Shown in pieces: positions 21,533 through 34,469 of a stretch of 64,000 nt of DNA. A model generated the notes under the pieces. The model was not told where the DNA came from. It saw only the letters and a list, made by a program, of their open reading frames with translations, and did not search any database. Positions within the stretch are counted from its first letter, which is position 1. Every line of letters starts with the position of its first letter. The translations under genes were made by a program, and so were the position numbers. This DNA is from Phyllobates terribilis (Eukaryota), in NCBI RefSeq assembly GCF_046119375.1, contig NW_027362769.1:366048001-366112000 (forward strand), written 5' to 3'.

Positions 21533-24500
21533 GATTAATGATTAATTAATCATCTGGTTAATGACTCTGGTTAATGTTGTGACCACTTTGTGTCTGATGT
21601 ATGTGTGTGATGGTTGTGCTCGCTGTGTGTATGATGTCCGTGTGATGGTTGTGCCCATTGTGTGTATGATGTCCGTGTGATGGTTGTGCCCGCTGTGTGT
21701 ATGATGTATGTGTGTGATGGTTGTGCTCGTTGTGTGTATGATGTCCGTGTGATGGTTGTGCCCTTTGTGTGTATGATGTCCGTGTGATGGTTGTGCCCGC
21801 TGTGTGTATGATGTATGTGTGATGGTTGTGCTCGTTGTGTGTATGATGTCCATGTGATAGTTATGCTCGCTGTCTGTATTATGTCTGTGCAATGGTTGTG
21901 CCCGTTGTGTGTATGATGTCCATGTGATGGTTGTGACCGCTGTGTGTATGATGTCTGTGTGATGGTTGTGCCCGCTTTGTGTATGATGTCCGTGTGATGG
22001 TTGTGCCCGTTGTGTGTATGATGTCCGTGTGATGGTTGTGCCCGTTGTGTGTTTGATGTCCATGTGATAGTTGTGCCCGTTGTGTGTATGATGTCTGTAT
22101 GATGGCATGCCCGCTCTGTGTATGATGTGTGTGTGATGGTTGTGCCCGCTGTGTGTATGATGTGTGTGTGATGGTTGTGCCCGCTGTGTGTATGATGTGT
22201 GTGTGATGGTTGTGCCCGCTGTGTGTATGATGTATGTGTGTGATGGTTGTGCTCGTTGTGTGTATGATGTCCTTGTGATGGTTGTGCTCGTTGTGTGTAT
22301 GATGTCCTTGTGATGGTTATGCTCGCTGTGTGTATGATGTCCGTGTGATGGTTTTGCCCGCTGTGAGTATGATGTCCGTGTGATGGTTGTGCCCGCTGTG
22401 TGTATGATGTATGTGTGTGATGGTTGTGCTCGTTGTGTGTATGATGTCCGTGTGATGGTTGTGCAAGCTGTGTGTATCATGTCCGTGTGATAGTTATGCT
22501 CGCTGTGTGTATGATGTCTGTGTGATGGTTGTGCCCGTTGTGTGTATGATGTCCATGTGATGGTTGTGACCACTTTGTGTCTGATGTATGTGTGTGATGG
22601 TTGTGCTCGTTGTGTGTATGATGTCCGTGTGATGGTTGTGCCCGTTGTGTGTATGATGTCCATGTGATGGTTGTGACCACTTTGTGTCTGATGTATGTGT
22701 GTGATGGTTGTGCTCGCTGTGTGTATGATGTCCGTGTGATGGTTGTGCCCATTGTGTGTATGATGTCCGTGTGATGGTTGTGCCCGCTGTGTGTATGATG
22801 TATGTGTGTGATGGTTGTGCTCGCTGTGTGTATGATGTCCGTGTGATGGTTGTGCCCGCTGTGTGTATGATGTATGTGTGTGATGGTTGTGCTCGTTGTG
22901 TGTATGATGTCCGTGTGATGGTTATGCTCGCTGTGTGTATGATGTCCGTGTGATGGTTGTGCCCTTTGTGTGTATGATGTCCGTGTGATGGTTGTGCCCG
23001 CTGTGTGTATGATGTATGTGTGATGGTTGTGCTCGTTGTGTGTATGATGTCCATGTGATAGTTATGCTCGCTGTGTGTATAATGTCTGTGCAATGGTTGT
23101 GCCCGTTGTGTGTATGATGTCCATGTGATGGTTGTGACCGCTGTGTGTATGATGTCTGTGTGATGGTTGTGCCCGCTTTGTGTATGATGTCCGTGTGATG
23201 GTTGTGCCCGTTGTGTGTATTATGTCCGTGTGATGGTTGTGCCCGTTGTGTGTATGATGTCCGTGTGATAGTTGTGCCCGTTGTGTGTATGATGTCTGTA
23301 TGATGGCATGCCCGCTCTGTGTATGATGTGTGTGTGATGGTTGTGCCCGCTGTGTGTATGATGTGTGTGTGATGGTTGTGCCCGCTGTGTGTATGATGTA
23401 TGTGTGTGATGGTTGTGCTCGTTGTGTGTATGATGTCCTTGTGATGGTTGTGCTCGTTGTGTGTATGATGTCCTTGTGATGGTTATGCTCGCTGTGTGTA
23501 TGATGTCCATGTGATGGTTTTGCCCGTTGTGTGTATGATGTCCGTGTGATGGTTGTGCCCGCTGTGTGTATGATGTATGTGTGTGATGGTTGTGCTCGTT
23601 GTGTGTATGATGTCTGTGTGATGGTTGTGCACGCTGTGTGTATGATGTCCGTGTGATAGTTATGCTCACTGTGTGTATGATGTCCCTGTGATGGTTGTGC
23701 CCGTTGTGTTTATGATGTCCGTGTGATGGTTGTGCACGCTATGTGTATGATGTCTGTGTGTGTGTGTGATGGTTGTGCCCATTATGTGTATGATGTCCAT
23801 GTGATGGTTGTGCTCGCTGTGTGTATGTTGTCTGTGTGATTGTTGTGCTCATTGTGTGTATGATGTCTTTGTGATGGTTGTGACCGCTGTGTGTATTATG
23901 TCCGTGTGATGGCTGTGCGCGCTGTGTGTATGATGTGTGTGTGTGTGATGGTTGTGCCCGTTGTGTGTATGATGTCCGTGTGATGGTTGTGCCCGCTGTG
24001 TGTATGATGTATGTGTGTGATGGTTGTGCTCGTTATGTGTATGATGTCCGTGGGATGGTTGTGCACGATGTGTGAATGATGTCCGTGTGATAGTTATGCT
24101 CGCTGTGTGTATGATGTCCATGTGATGGTTGTGCCCGTTGTGTGTATGATGTCTGTGTGATGGTTGTGCCCTCTGTGTGTATGATGTCCATGTGATGGTT
24201 GTGCCCGCTGTGTGTATGATGTATGTGTGTGATGGTTGTGCTCGTTATGTGTATGATGTCCGTGGGATGGTTGTGCACGATGTGTGAATGATGTCCGTGT
24301 GATAGTTATGCTCGCTGTGTGTATGATGTCCATGTGATGGTTGTGCCCGTTGTGTGTATGATGTCTGTGTGATGGTTTTGTCCGCTGTGTGTATGATGTC
24401 TGTGTGATGGTTGTGCATGCTGCGTGTATGATGTCTGTGTGATGGTTGTGCACGCTGTGTGTATGATGTCCATGTGATAGTTGTGCCCGTTGTGTGTATG

Positions 24501-25519
24501 ATGTCTGTATGATGGCATGCCCGCTCTGTGTATGACGTGTGTGTGATGGTTGTGCCCGCTTTGTGTATGATGTGTGTGTGATGGTTGTGCCCGCTGTGTG
24601 TGTGATGGTTGTGCACCCTGTGTGTATGATGTCCGTGTGATAGTTATGCTCGCTGTTTGTATGATGTCTGTGTGATGGTTGTGCCCGCTGTGTGTATGAT
24701 GTATGTGTGTGATGGTTGTGCCCGCTGTGTGTATGATGTCTGTGTGATGGTTGTGCCCGCTGTGTGTATGATGTCTGTGTGATGGTTGTGCCCGCTGTGT
24801 GTATGATGTCTGTGTGATGGTTGTGCACGCTGTGTGTATGATGTCCGTGTGATGGTTGTGCCCTCTGTGTGTATGATGTCCGTGTGATGGTTGTGCACGC
24901 TGTGTGTATGATGTCCGTGTGATGGTTGTGCACGCTGTGTGTATGATGTCTGTGTGATGGTTGTGCATGCTGTGTGTATGATGTCTGTGTGATGGTTGTG
25001 CCCGCTGTGTGTATGATGTCTGTGTGATGGTTGTGCCCGCTGTGTGTATGATGTCTGTGTGATGGTTATGCCCGCTGTGTGTATGATGTCTGTGTGATGG
25101 TTGTGCCCGCTGTGTGTATGATGTCTGTGTGATGGTTGTGCATGCTGTGTGTATGATGTCTGTGTGATGGTTGTGCCCGCTGTGTGTATGATGTCTGTGT
25201 GATGGTTGTGCCCTCTGTGTGTATGATGTCTGTGTGATGGTTGTGCCCGATGTGTGTATGATGTCTGTGTGATGGTTGTGCCCGCTGTGTGTATGATGTC
25301 TGTGTGATGGTTGTGCCCGCTGTGTGTATGATGTCTGTGTGATGGTTGTGCCCGATGTGTGTATGATGTCTGTGTGATGGTTGTGCCCGCTGTGTGTATG
25401 ATGTCTGTGTGATGGTTGTGCCCGCTGTGTGTATGATGTCTGTGTGATGGTTGTGCCCGCTGTGTGTATGATGTCCGTATGATGTCTGTGTGATTTTTAA
25501 CATAGCTCTTTGAAATAGA

Positions 25520-25580
25520 ACAGGGGTGGGAGATTAATGTTCCCAAGGGGCCACATGAGAGACCGTGACTGTTGTGGAGC
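25520..25580 (+). mobile_element. Possible hAT-type MITE left end
   Basis: CAGGGGTGGGG...GGGCCACATG resembles hAT termini; matching right end and TSD not located. Confidence 0.3.
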
Positions 25581-27049
25581 CCGAACCAATAGGTTCAAAT
25601 TAATTTAGCTCAATATTAATATTAACATATTAATTTTATTTTTTTTGCATATTTATATTATCACTTAATATAGAGCAGATTTAAGTATGCTGACATCCCC
25701 CTATATACAGTATGAGCCCCCACACAACTCCATACATACAGTATTAGCACACACCACAGCTACCTACAGTATGAGCCCTCGCATAGCCCCCAATATACAG
25801 TAAGAGCCACCACAAGAAAGCCAGATGTCGTATAATGAATCTACATAAAGATGAGAAAGTTCTGGCGGCTCCGACTGTGAATGAGGAACAAAAAATAATC
25901 CTCAGGTCCCAACAAGAGTTGAGCAGGACTCACAGATGACGCCGCACTGCCCCGGAAGATAAGAGATTCATGGCCTCCAGTCCAGCCGCCAGGTAGCACT
26001 GACCTGGACGCCCGACTGGAGGCCCCGGAATCCATCTGCTCATCTCTAGTCCCAACTGCCCTGGATACAGTGGACAGTACTGGATTTGGGTCTCCTCCTT
26101 GCAGTCTCGGCCGTCTGCTGAATTTCCCTCACTACCAGCACCCCTCTGACAACTCCTCCTGACGGGCGAGAAAGATAATGGTAAATGGGCGTGGATTGGG
26201 GTGTGACCAGGGGCGTGACCAAAATTTGCCGCGCATAGCCTCTTTCTGTCCCCCTTTCTGTTCTTCAAAAGTTGAGAGGTATGAATATCTGATGTCTGCA
26301 TCACAGTATATCGCATACCATCACATATTATGCTGTATACTGTATGTGATGTACTTTGATACAGGCATCCAATGTTATACAGAGGATAATATGTCACTGG
26401 TGTAATATCTGATGTCTGTGCTCATAGTGTGGTATATAACTGTCACATGCTATTCTGTATGTAATATCTGATGTATGTAGTCATAATATATCTTATTCCA
26501 ATACAGATGAGCGAATTGATTCTCAGGACACTGGTCAAACAGTCCCATCAGTAGTCTGTGGCCACCAGACCAGAGCCCCGCGAGCCTCCTCCTGCCTGCC
26601 GGCATCTCTGACTCCTCTTTTGATTATAGTCTTTGCATGATGTCATCTTTTTGGCGTGACACATACATGACATTGTGCCTGGCTACAAATCAAAGGAAGA
26701 GAAAGAGAATGGTGTCCGGTAGGAGGCTGTCAGGGCTCCTATCCAGCAGCCACTGAATATTCATCTGACCATTGGATCAGGGTCCTGCAAATTAAGTTGT
26801 TCATCTCTATATATCAGTCATATATTCTCCTATGTATATTGTATTGTATGTGGTATAATATGTTCATTGTGTGCACAGACATCAGATGGGACACACATGA
26901 TAATTAGTGACTCGTACATCATATACTATAATGTGGATTTGACTTTTACATTGATGACTTGCTCGATCAAGTATGTAGGAAATAATACACAAAATAATAA
27001 TTCATAGGTATCTATCTGGCAGACCTGTGCTTATGTGTGACCACCTTTA

Positions 27050-27980
27050 GGCTGTGTGCCCACTATGCGTTTTTTAAGCGTTTCCGCAATGGCAATTCCG
27101 CTGAAGAAACGCTTAAAAAACACTTGGTAGAAGGTCTGCTATGTTCCTAATGATAATCCGCAAGTGCTCTGCACATGCTGCGGAAATTTCCGCTGCGGAT
27201 TATCATTGCAGAAAAATCCGCAGCACTACCAATTATTTTGTGTAATTGCAGCGTTTTCGCCGCCATTGACTTGCATTGAATCGCATAATATCCGCATGAC
27301 TAGATGTGCACATGCGGATATTTAGCGATTCAATGTGCAGATGGTACCCGGGTTTGGAGAAGAAGAGACTCTCCTCCAGACCCGGGTACCATAGCACCTG
27401 TAAAAAAGAAAGAATTAAAATAAAAAATATACATTATACTCACCTTCTGATGTCCCCCGGTCTCCATAGTGATGCGTCCTGGCTTCCTGGCAGCTCGTGA
27501 TGGTCTAAAAGGACCTGCCATGACGTCATTTAGTCATGTGACAGGTCACGCGACTGCTGACGTCGGCGGTCGCTTGACCCGTCACATGACTAAATGACAT
27601 CATGGCAGGTCCTTTTACACAACCGCGAGACACCTGGAAGGCCGGACGCATCGGATAAGGAGACCAGGGGCCGTTAGAAGGTAAGTATAATATTTATTTT
27701 CTATTTTTTTCCAATCTTTTACGGTCACACTATATAAATCCATACCGGTTGCATGGATTTATATAGTGTGACCAAGTTGTCAAGCACTTTCCAAGTGATG
27801 CTAAAATCGCTTGTAAAGCGCTTGACAACCCGCATGCGGAAATGCATGTGAAGTACGCTTCACTTATGCTTGTCCCTGGCAGGAAAAACGCATGTACAAT
27901 CCACTTCGTTTTTTCTGCCAGGGAGATGCAGAAACGCTCAGGAAAAATTCTCAGCATTTCTGCATTGTGGGCACTTAGCC
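27050..27980. mobile_element. PIF/Harbinger (Tourist-like) palindromic MITE
   Basis: GGCTGTGTGCCCAC...GTGGGCACTTAGCC termini, TTA on both sides, long internal inverted repeat at about 27430-27690. Confidence 0.8.
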
Positions 27981-28221
27981 TTACTCTGTTTTTTAGGAGT
28001 CTAGAAAAGCACAGCGTACCTTGGATTACTTGCATTACACCTCTAACAACCTAAATCCGTTTTGTAGTGGTCAGACATTGTACATATTATGCTTATGTAT
28101 TACCATTTTTAAATGCTCACCTGAACTGGACCAAGTGCTGTCATTTTTTTCCACGGGCAGCACTTAGACAATACGTTTGTGTGAATATAGCCTATGAATC
28201 AGCTGGTAATAAACATGTTAA

Positions 28222-29036
28222 AGGGGTTTTCTGCGAACAAAAGTATATTTTAATCAATAGATCTTGGAATAATAATAACTTCCACAATTGGATGTGTTTA
28301 AATAAAATGTCCCTGTACTGAGATAATGTTATTAATGTGCCCCTGCTGTGTACTGTGTAATGGCTGTGTCTGACTCGGCAGGAACATGGTCTGATCATAC
28401 CACAGCTACTGGGCAGGAGAGGAAGCAAAAGAGTATATAGCATAGATTAAATCACTGCACACTCTAGTCTCAAGTTGCAAACGATGGGTCAAAACGTTCA
28501 TTTACTGTTGCATTATTCCCTGCACCTTAAATGTGTCTAATTGCATGTCTTCAAATAGACTTTAGTTTGCATCTTGAAACTAGAATGTGCGGTGAGGTGA
28601 TTTAATCTACGCCGATTCAGGGGATTCCACATCCCGTGTACCTGCACCTTGACCTACAGACTGTGTGCACACTAATCTTCTATATATAAAGAGAGTATAT
28701 ATACATTACAGCAGGGGATCACAGCTGAGTCTTTCTTTGAGCTAAAATATTGTTTAAAAACAGGCAGTGAAATGTTTTACTCACAAAAAGAATCCTCTGT
28801 GATCCCCTGCTATCCTGCCTGTTTCCGCTTTTTCTCCCCCCCTGCCCAGGAGATGTGGTATGATCAGAACATGTTCCTGCACAGTCAGACACAGCCATTA
28901 CACAGTACACAGCAGGGGCACATTTATAAGATTATCTCCGCACAGGAACATTATTATATCACATCCAATTGTGGAAATTATTATAACTCCAAGATCTATT
29001 GATTAAAATATACTATTGTTTGTGGGAAAACGACCA
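28222..29036. mobile_element. TTAA-targeting T2/Kolobok-like MITE with a nested palindromic insert (about 28443-28610)
   Basis: TTAA-AGGGGTTTTC...GAAAACGACCA-TTAA, ~200-bp imperfect inverted arms; inner TAGATTAAATCAC...GTGATTTAATCTA. Confidence 0.75.
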
Positions 29037-29207
29037 TTAAGGATGGGCCACTACTCATGGACCACTGCTGTGTTCTTGCCCCCAGGCTAAAATTTGCCAG
29101 CCAGCCCCTGCTAGCAGTGATATTAGAATACACACTATACATGTTATTACATACAGCATCCTTTACCTATAAAAATTGTATATAATCTCTTCCACTTATC
29201 TTTCCAG

Positions 29208-30236
29208 TGGGTGTAGTGACAAGATTATGGAGCAGTTACCGGGACCAGTGCCGCCGCGAGCGACAACAGGGTAGGAACAGTGGTGATGTGGCTCTTAAAA
29301 AGAAAGGCCATACCTATATTATGACCGGCTCCAGTTTTTGACCCTAGTCCTAGATTTTCACCCGTAAGTGGCTATCTTTTTCAGTTTTATTTGTTGTAAT
29401 GGTTTGATTATTATTTTGCATATTAAAAATGCTTTTTTCTCTGTCATCCCTGACCTTACAGATCTGACTGGACCAAAAAGGGAAATACCTGTAGCTTGGA
29501 GGTGCTGGAGGCCAGAGAGGAATCTGAAATGGAGGCCGGAGCTGGGGGCCAGAAAGAAGAAGAGCCTGCGGAGAGCACCAGTACACCACAGCCCCTCGAC
29601 ACCTCCCCTCATCGCTACCGCCCCACCATCACTGGCGTACGTGACATGGGAATACCTGTGAGTGATGATGATGAGAGTTTTTGTCTAAGCCTGGCCCGTT
29701 ATTTCAGGCACGTTCCCTTTTTATTGAGTCTGCACACCAGGGCTGCCCTCCAAATTGTTTTGTCTGCCGCTGCGCCACCAAATTCACCGATGGCCGTCTT
29801 TTAATTCCTTGAAAAGTGGCAACTTTCTGAGGACAACAAAACCCGGTCTTTAGACCCCTCAAGAAGGGCACTCAGCAGACCCACCATTACGGCAGCCACC
29901 ACCTCCAGTGCCAGCATCACGGCAGTCACCACCACCACCTCCAGTACCAGCATCACACCAGTCATCACCACCACCTCCAGTCACAGCATCACAGCAGCCA
30001 CCACCAACTACAGTGGCACCATCACGGCAGCCACCTCCAGTGCCAGCATCTTGGCAGCCACCTCCATTACCAGCATCACGGCAGCCAACAACCCCCTCAC
30101 CAGCATGTCTCCTACCCCAACACCTTTGTCTTGTCGGCATGATGGCCAAAACACAGAAGAGAAGGCCAGACAAAGATCTGAGATACAGGATTTGTGTGCT
30201 GAGATGCCGCCACAGTCACTGAAAGGTGTTACATAG
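29208..30236 (+). pseudogene. Spliced MADF-BESS (Harbinger accessory / Adf1-like) gene relic
   Basis: Exon 29208-29363 RLWSSYRDQCRRE...KK/RPYLYYDRLQFLTLVLD (1-nt frameshift in A run near 29300); GT-AG intron 29364-29461; DDDESFCLSLARYFRHVP BESS-like motif; in-frame TAA at 29802. Confidence 0.7.
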
Positions 30237-30605
30237 ATGCGTATTATGTGGATGGCATAAGCATGGTCCGTTTGCTGTGCGTTTTTTTTCTCGCACACAT
30301 TGACTTGCATTGGCGAGTCTCGTCTGATATATGCAGCCACTTGCAGCATGCTGTGATTTTTTTTTCTCAGTTCGATCCGAGCTGGGAAAAAAAAAAATCA
30401 CAGAAACACATAATCATTCAATAACAAGAGTCAGAGAGCAATCCAATTTTTTTTTTTATCAGATTGCACTCGTGTGATTTAAACGCAGATGAGTATGAGC
30501 CCTTAGACTCAGCCAAAAGATTGTAGACTTAGAGTATATCTTATTGCTCTAATAGGCATCTAGTCATTCAACAGAGGCCATTAACTATATATTCTACAGT
30601 ACATG

Positions 30606-31876
30606 TGTAGCACCCCGAGGACTCGGCTGCTACAGGGGTATTGCACCTCTAACCAGAGGTGTGGTATTCCACTCCCGGGTAAGGATGGAGTGTGGAACTG
30701 AGCTCAGTTAGCTGCATGCACTACACTCACCCCATTTCCGGGGGACAGACCAACGGTACTCCCACCAGATAGATGTGCAGGTACGACAGCTTCTGTCCCC
30801 GGCTGGAGTGGGGGGGGGGAGGAACATCCCAGTGGTGTAGGAGCAGAGAGGGGAGGGACTCTGGGCATAGGTAGGAGCCCATTGGGTGCTAGTCACCTGG
30901 GCTCGGGTGTCAGAAGGGAGTATATAAGGGGGGGCACCATCTTGGATCAGGGGTCTGTTAAGAGAGGAGCTCAGCCAGAGAGGGCTGACAGGGAGCTGTG
31001 GCTCAGTCCGGGCCCAGCTCCAGAGTCAGGCCTGGAGTGGAGGCCTGAAACAGAGAGACAGAGGAAGGAGAAGGAACAGAAGCGCCAGGAGAGGCCCAGA
31101 GACGCAGGAGAAGAGGGAACCCTGAGATCCCACGAGCTAACGGTTGAAGGGTTGACAGAACAGGGTACCGGATCCCAAACTGGTGGAGGCCAAATATCCT
31201 CAGCCAGGAACCGGAGGTCGTGGACAAGTTTTGGCGCGACCCCTCGCCATATCCACCAGGAAGGCAAACCACGTATAGGGTCAGGGAAGCCGGGAAAGGT
31301 TTTACCACCAGAAGGCCCGAGGGAGCCGGACAGAGGTGGATCCCTGGTGGGGACGGCCAGTAGGAAGGAGGAGAGGGGAGCTCAGGACCACGCTCTGGAA
31401 CTGCCTGGGAGTTGGCCGAGTCCCGCACCTGGTGGACGCAGCACGGCTCGGGTCGTCATCACCTGCAGGACTGACGTTAATAACAACTGTGAGTAAAGCA
31501 TTGAAAGCTGCAATCAGTCTCTGTGTTCCATCGCACCACCAGCACCATAGGTACCGGGACGCTCTCACTATCACTCCCTTCTCCCGTACCAGCTGCCCTG
31601 AGGCTATACCTCTCCCGTTGGGGGTTATACCACCATAGCTGCACATATATACCACTGGCCTCAGCGGACTGTTTTGCAGCGGCGGCCTTGTGACCGCAAA
31701 TCAACGGGTGGCGTAGTCGAACTCTATAACAACATTACAAATAGATTGCTGTCGGTTTGACCACCCTGGGCACGGACCGGGTCCCCGCCACTCGGAGACT
31801 ACAACCCCCGTTGGATCCGGCTCCGGGTGTCCCCCGCATGCGCGGCGCGGCGCAGCATGTCCCAGGGGGCGCGTCA
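30606..31876 (+). mobile_element. Solo LTR (1271 bp) with termini closely matching the cold-shock element LTRs
   Basis: TGTAGCACCCCGAGG...CAGGGGGCGCGTCA; perfect target duplication CATG (30602-30605, 31877-31880); TATATAA 30921; AGTAAA 31492. Confidence 0.95.
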
Positions 31877-33840
31877 CATGCAGGGCTTGTGAATTGTCCA
31901 TTATTAAAATAAACAGTATATAAAAAGCTGTGCAGGAGGCGGCAGTGAAGGACATGACAAATATTAATAACAATTTGTAAAATAATCACAGGCTGCAATT
32001 ACCCACCATGTTTTTTCTTAAACAATGAAATCAACTTTTTCTTGCGGTTGTAAATTTGAAATGACAGTGATAGCTATGATGACATCACAAGGCACATGAC
32101 ATCATAGACATCACAATTGGAATAGAATGTATAATGTTCTACACTGCTGCCATCTTGTGTCACTCTAACCGGACAGCTGGAAGAGGATGAGTCCAGGTAA
32201 GTAGCTCTTTACTTTTAGGCTTTGGTATACTTATAGTTTATCCACCGGATTTATCATGGATTGCCGGGAACACTCTGTAATAAGACATTTTCAGGACAAC
32301 CCCTTGTCTAAATGAGAAATTGCTGATGATCAGTTGATATTAGGTGGGTGGGGGAGGTCAAGTTGGGACATCTTTATGGGGCTCCATTTTTGGGTAGTTT
32401 TGCCATTTATGTGGACAAATTATTTTATTATCATTCTCTGTACTCAGATCTTTGGTTCCTATTGAATTAGGGGCTGACATTGGAGTTGTAGTTTAACCCC
32501 TTTAAAGCTCAAGACGTACTAATATGTATCTGCGCCCTGGGACTTAAGAGCCTGATACGTATTAGTACGTCTTTGCGATCGCGCCCACACACAGGCTGTG
32601 CGGGCGCGATCGCCGCCGGGTGTCAGCCGATTGTCGCAGCTGAATCGATTGTAGCATTGCTGGGGCAAGGGGAGGTGATCGGGATACTCACCTCTCCTGC
32701 CGGCGTCCAGCGATGTCTGCCGCGGCTTCCCGGATGTTGCCATGACGACCCGATGTCGTCATGACAACATCTGGGTTACCAGACAGCAGGAAGATATTTT
32801 GGCATGCACAGTGCATGACCAAAGTATCTTCTGCATTTGCAGCGCTGACAGCCTGAATAGCACAGGGCTGGTGCTCCATCCCTATGCTATACAGGCGATC
32901 AGAATAAAAAAAGTGAAAGTCCCATAGTGGGACAAAGAATAAAAGTAAAAAAAGTGTCAGAAAGTGAAGAAAAAAAAAGAAAAAAATAATCCACCAAAAA
33001 TAAAAGTATAATGTACCCATCAATAAATATTATTATGCAAAAAAAACAATAAAAGTACACATATTTGGTATTGCCGCGTCCGGAATGACCTGACCTATAA
33101 AACTGTCCCACTAGTTAGCCCCTTCAGTGAACATGGTAAAAAAAATAAATAAAAAATGAAGCAAAAAACATACTGCCAAACAAAAAATGGAATAACACGC
33201 AATCGAAAAGACGAATATAAATAATAATGATACCACTGAAAAAGTCATCTTGTCCCGCAAAAAACAAGCTGCCATACAGCTCCATCAGCCGAAAAAGAAA
33301 AAAGTTATAGCTCTCAGAATAAAGCTATGCAAAAAAATTATTTTTTCTTTAAAATTGCTTTTATTGTGTAAAAGCGCCAAAACATAGACAAACAATGTAA
33401 ATGTGGTACCACTGTAAACGTACTGACCCGAAGAATAAAGCTACCTTATTAATTTTACCACACGCGGAACAGCATAAAAAAAAACCAAAAAAAACAATTC
33501 CTGAATTGTTGGTTTTTGTTTATTCTGCCTGCCAAAAATCGGAATAGAGAGCGATCAAAAAATGTCACGTGCCGGAAAATGGCACCAATAAAAATGTCAA
33601 CTCATCCCGCAAAAAACAAGATGTCACGTGACTCTGTCGGCCAATATATGGAAAAGTTATAGCTCTCAAAATATGGCGATGCAAAAACTAGATTTTACAA
33701 AAAAATGCGTCTTTTAGTGTGTGACAGCTGTCAATCATAAAATCCCGATATGATTCTGGCATCGCTGTAATCGCACTGACCCGAAGAATAAAGTCGTCTA
33801 ATCACTTATACCGCACGAGGAACGGCGTAAAATATAAACT

Positions 33841-34064
33841 TTAGGGTTAGGGTTAGGGTTGTGGTAGGGTTAGGGTTAGGGATGGGCTAGGTTTGGGGTT
33901 GGGCTAGGGTTGGGGTTAGGGTTGGGCTATGGTTAGGGTTGGGGTTAGGGTTAGGGTTGGGCTAGGGTATGGGTTGGGGTTGGGGTTAGGGTAGGGTTAG
34001 GGTTGGAGTTAGGGTTGGGCTAGGGTTGGAGTTAGGGTTGGGCTAGGGTAGGGTTAGGGTTGGG
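33841..34064 (+). repeat. Degenerate interstitial telomere-like array
   Basis: TTAGGG mixed with TTGGGG, CTAGGG, TTGGGC and TTGGAG hexamers. Confidence 0.93.
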
Positions 34065-34107
34065 ATTTTTTTCAAAAGTAAAAAAAAAAAGAAGACGATA
34101 TGGCGAC

Positions 34108-34407
34108 TGGTGTTGAGCGCAAGTGCTCGCTACTTGAGTTTGCATCGGGTGCTCGGGTATGCCCTGAGTATCGCGGGTGCTCGAGTGACATGCTCGAGTC
34201 TCCGCCCCATATGCTTTGCGGCCAAAAATACCTTGCGGGGATTGCCTGCCATGCATGAGCGATCCCCGCATGTTTTTTTTTGGGTGTCTAATAGCCGTGA
34301 AACATGAGGGCGGTGACTCGAGCATGTCACTCGAGCACCCTCGATACATGGTGCATACCTGAGTACCCGATGCAAACTCAAGTAGCGAGCACTTGCGCTC
34401 AAGACTA
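34108..34407. mobile_element. 300-bp palindromic hAT-like MITE nested in the piggyBac-like element
   Basis: TGGTGTTGAGCGCAAGTGCTCG...CGAGCACTTGCGCTCAAGACTA, ~100-bp arms; 8-bp flanks ATGGCGAC / ATGACAAC. Confidence 0.8.
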
Positions 34408-34469
34408 ATGACAACTTATTCAATATGATGACCTAATGTTATCAAATTCTGTGTCGTACCTCTGGGTTC

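Larger units (their letters stand above)
17436..25493. repeat. TG-rich 35-bp tandem satellite (~8 kb including two insertions)
   Basis: Unit ATGATGTC(C/T)GTGTGATGGTTGTGCCCGCTGTGTGT; most homogeneous after about 24650. Confidence 0.97.

Noticed and set aside
17255-25546. His/Thr-rich minus-strand ORFs (HHTHSGHNHHTDIIHT...)
   Set aside because: Translations of the 35-bp satellite; the unit is not a multiple of 3 and the same peptide appears in every frame
29289-29305. Half histone stem-loop (TGGCTCTTAAAAAGA) suggesting a lost histone gene
   Set aside because: The second stem arm is absent and the bases lie within the MADF coding exon
33841-34064. True chromosome end or telomere fusion
   Set aside because: Short, degenerate, single orientation, and embedded in a transposon with 30 kb of sequence beyond it
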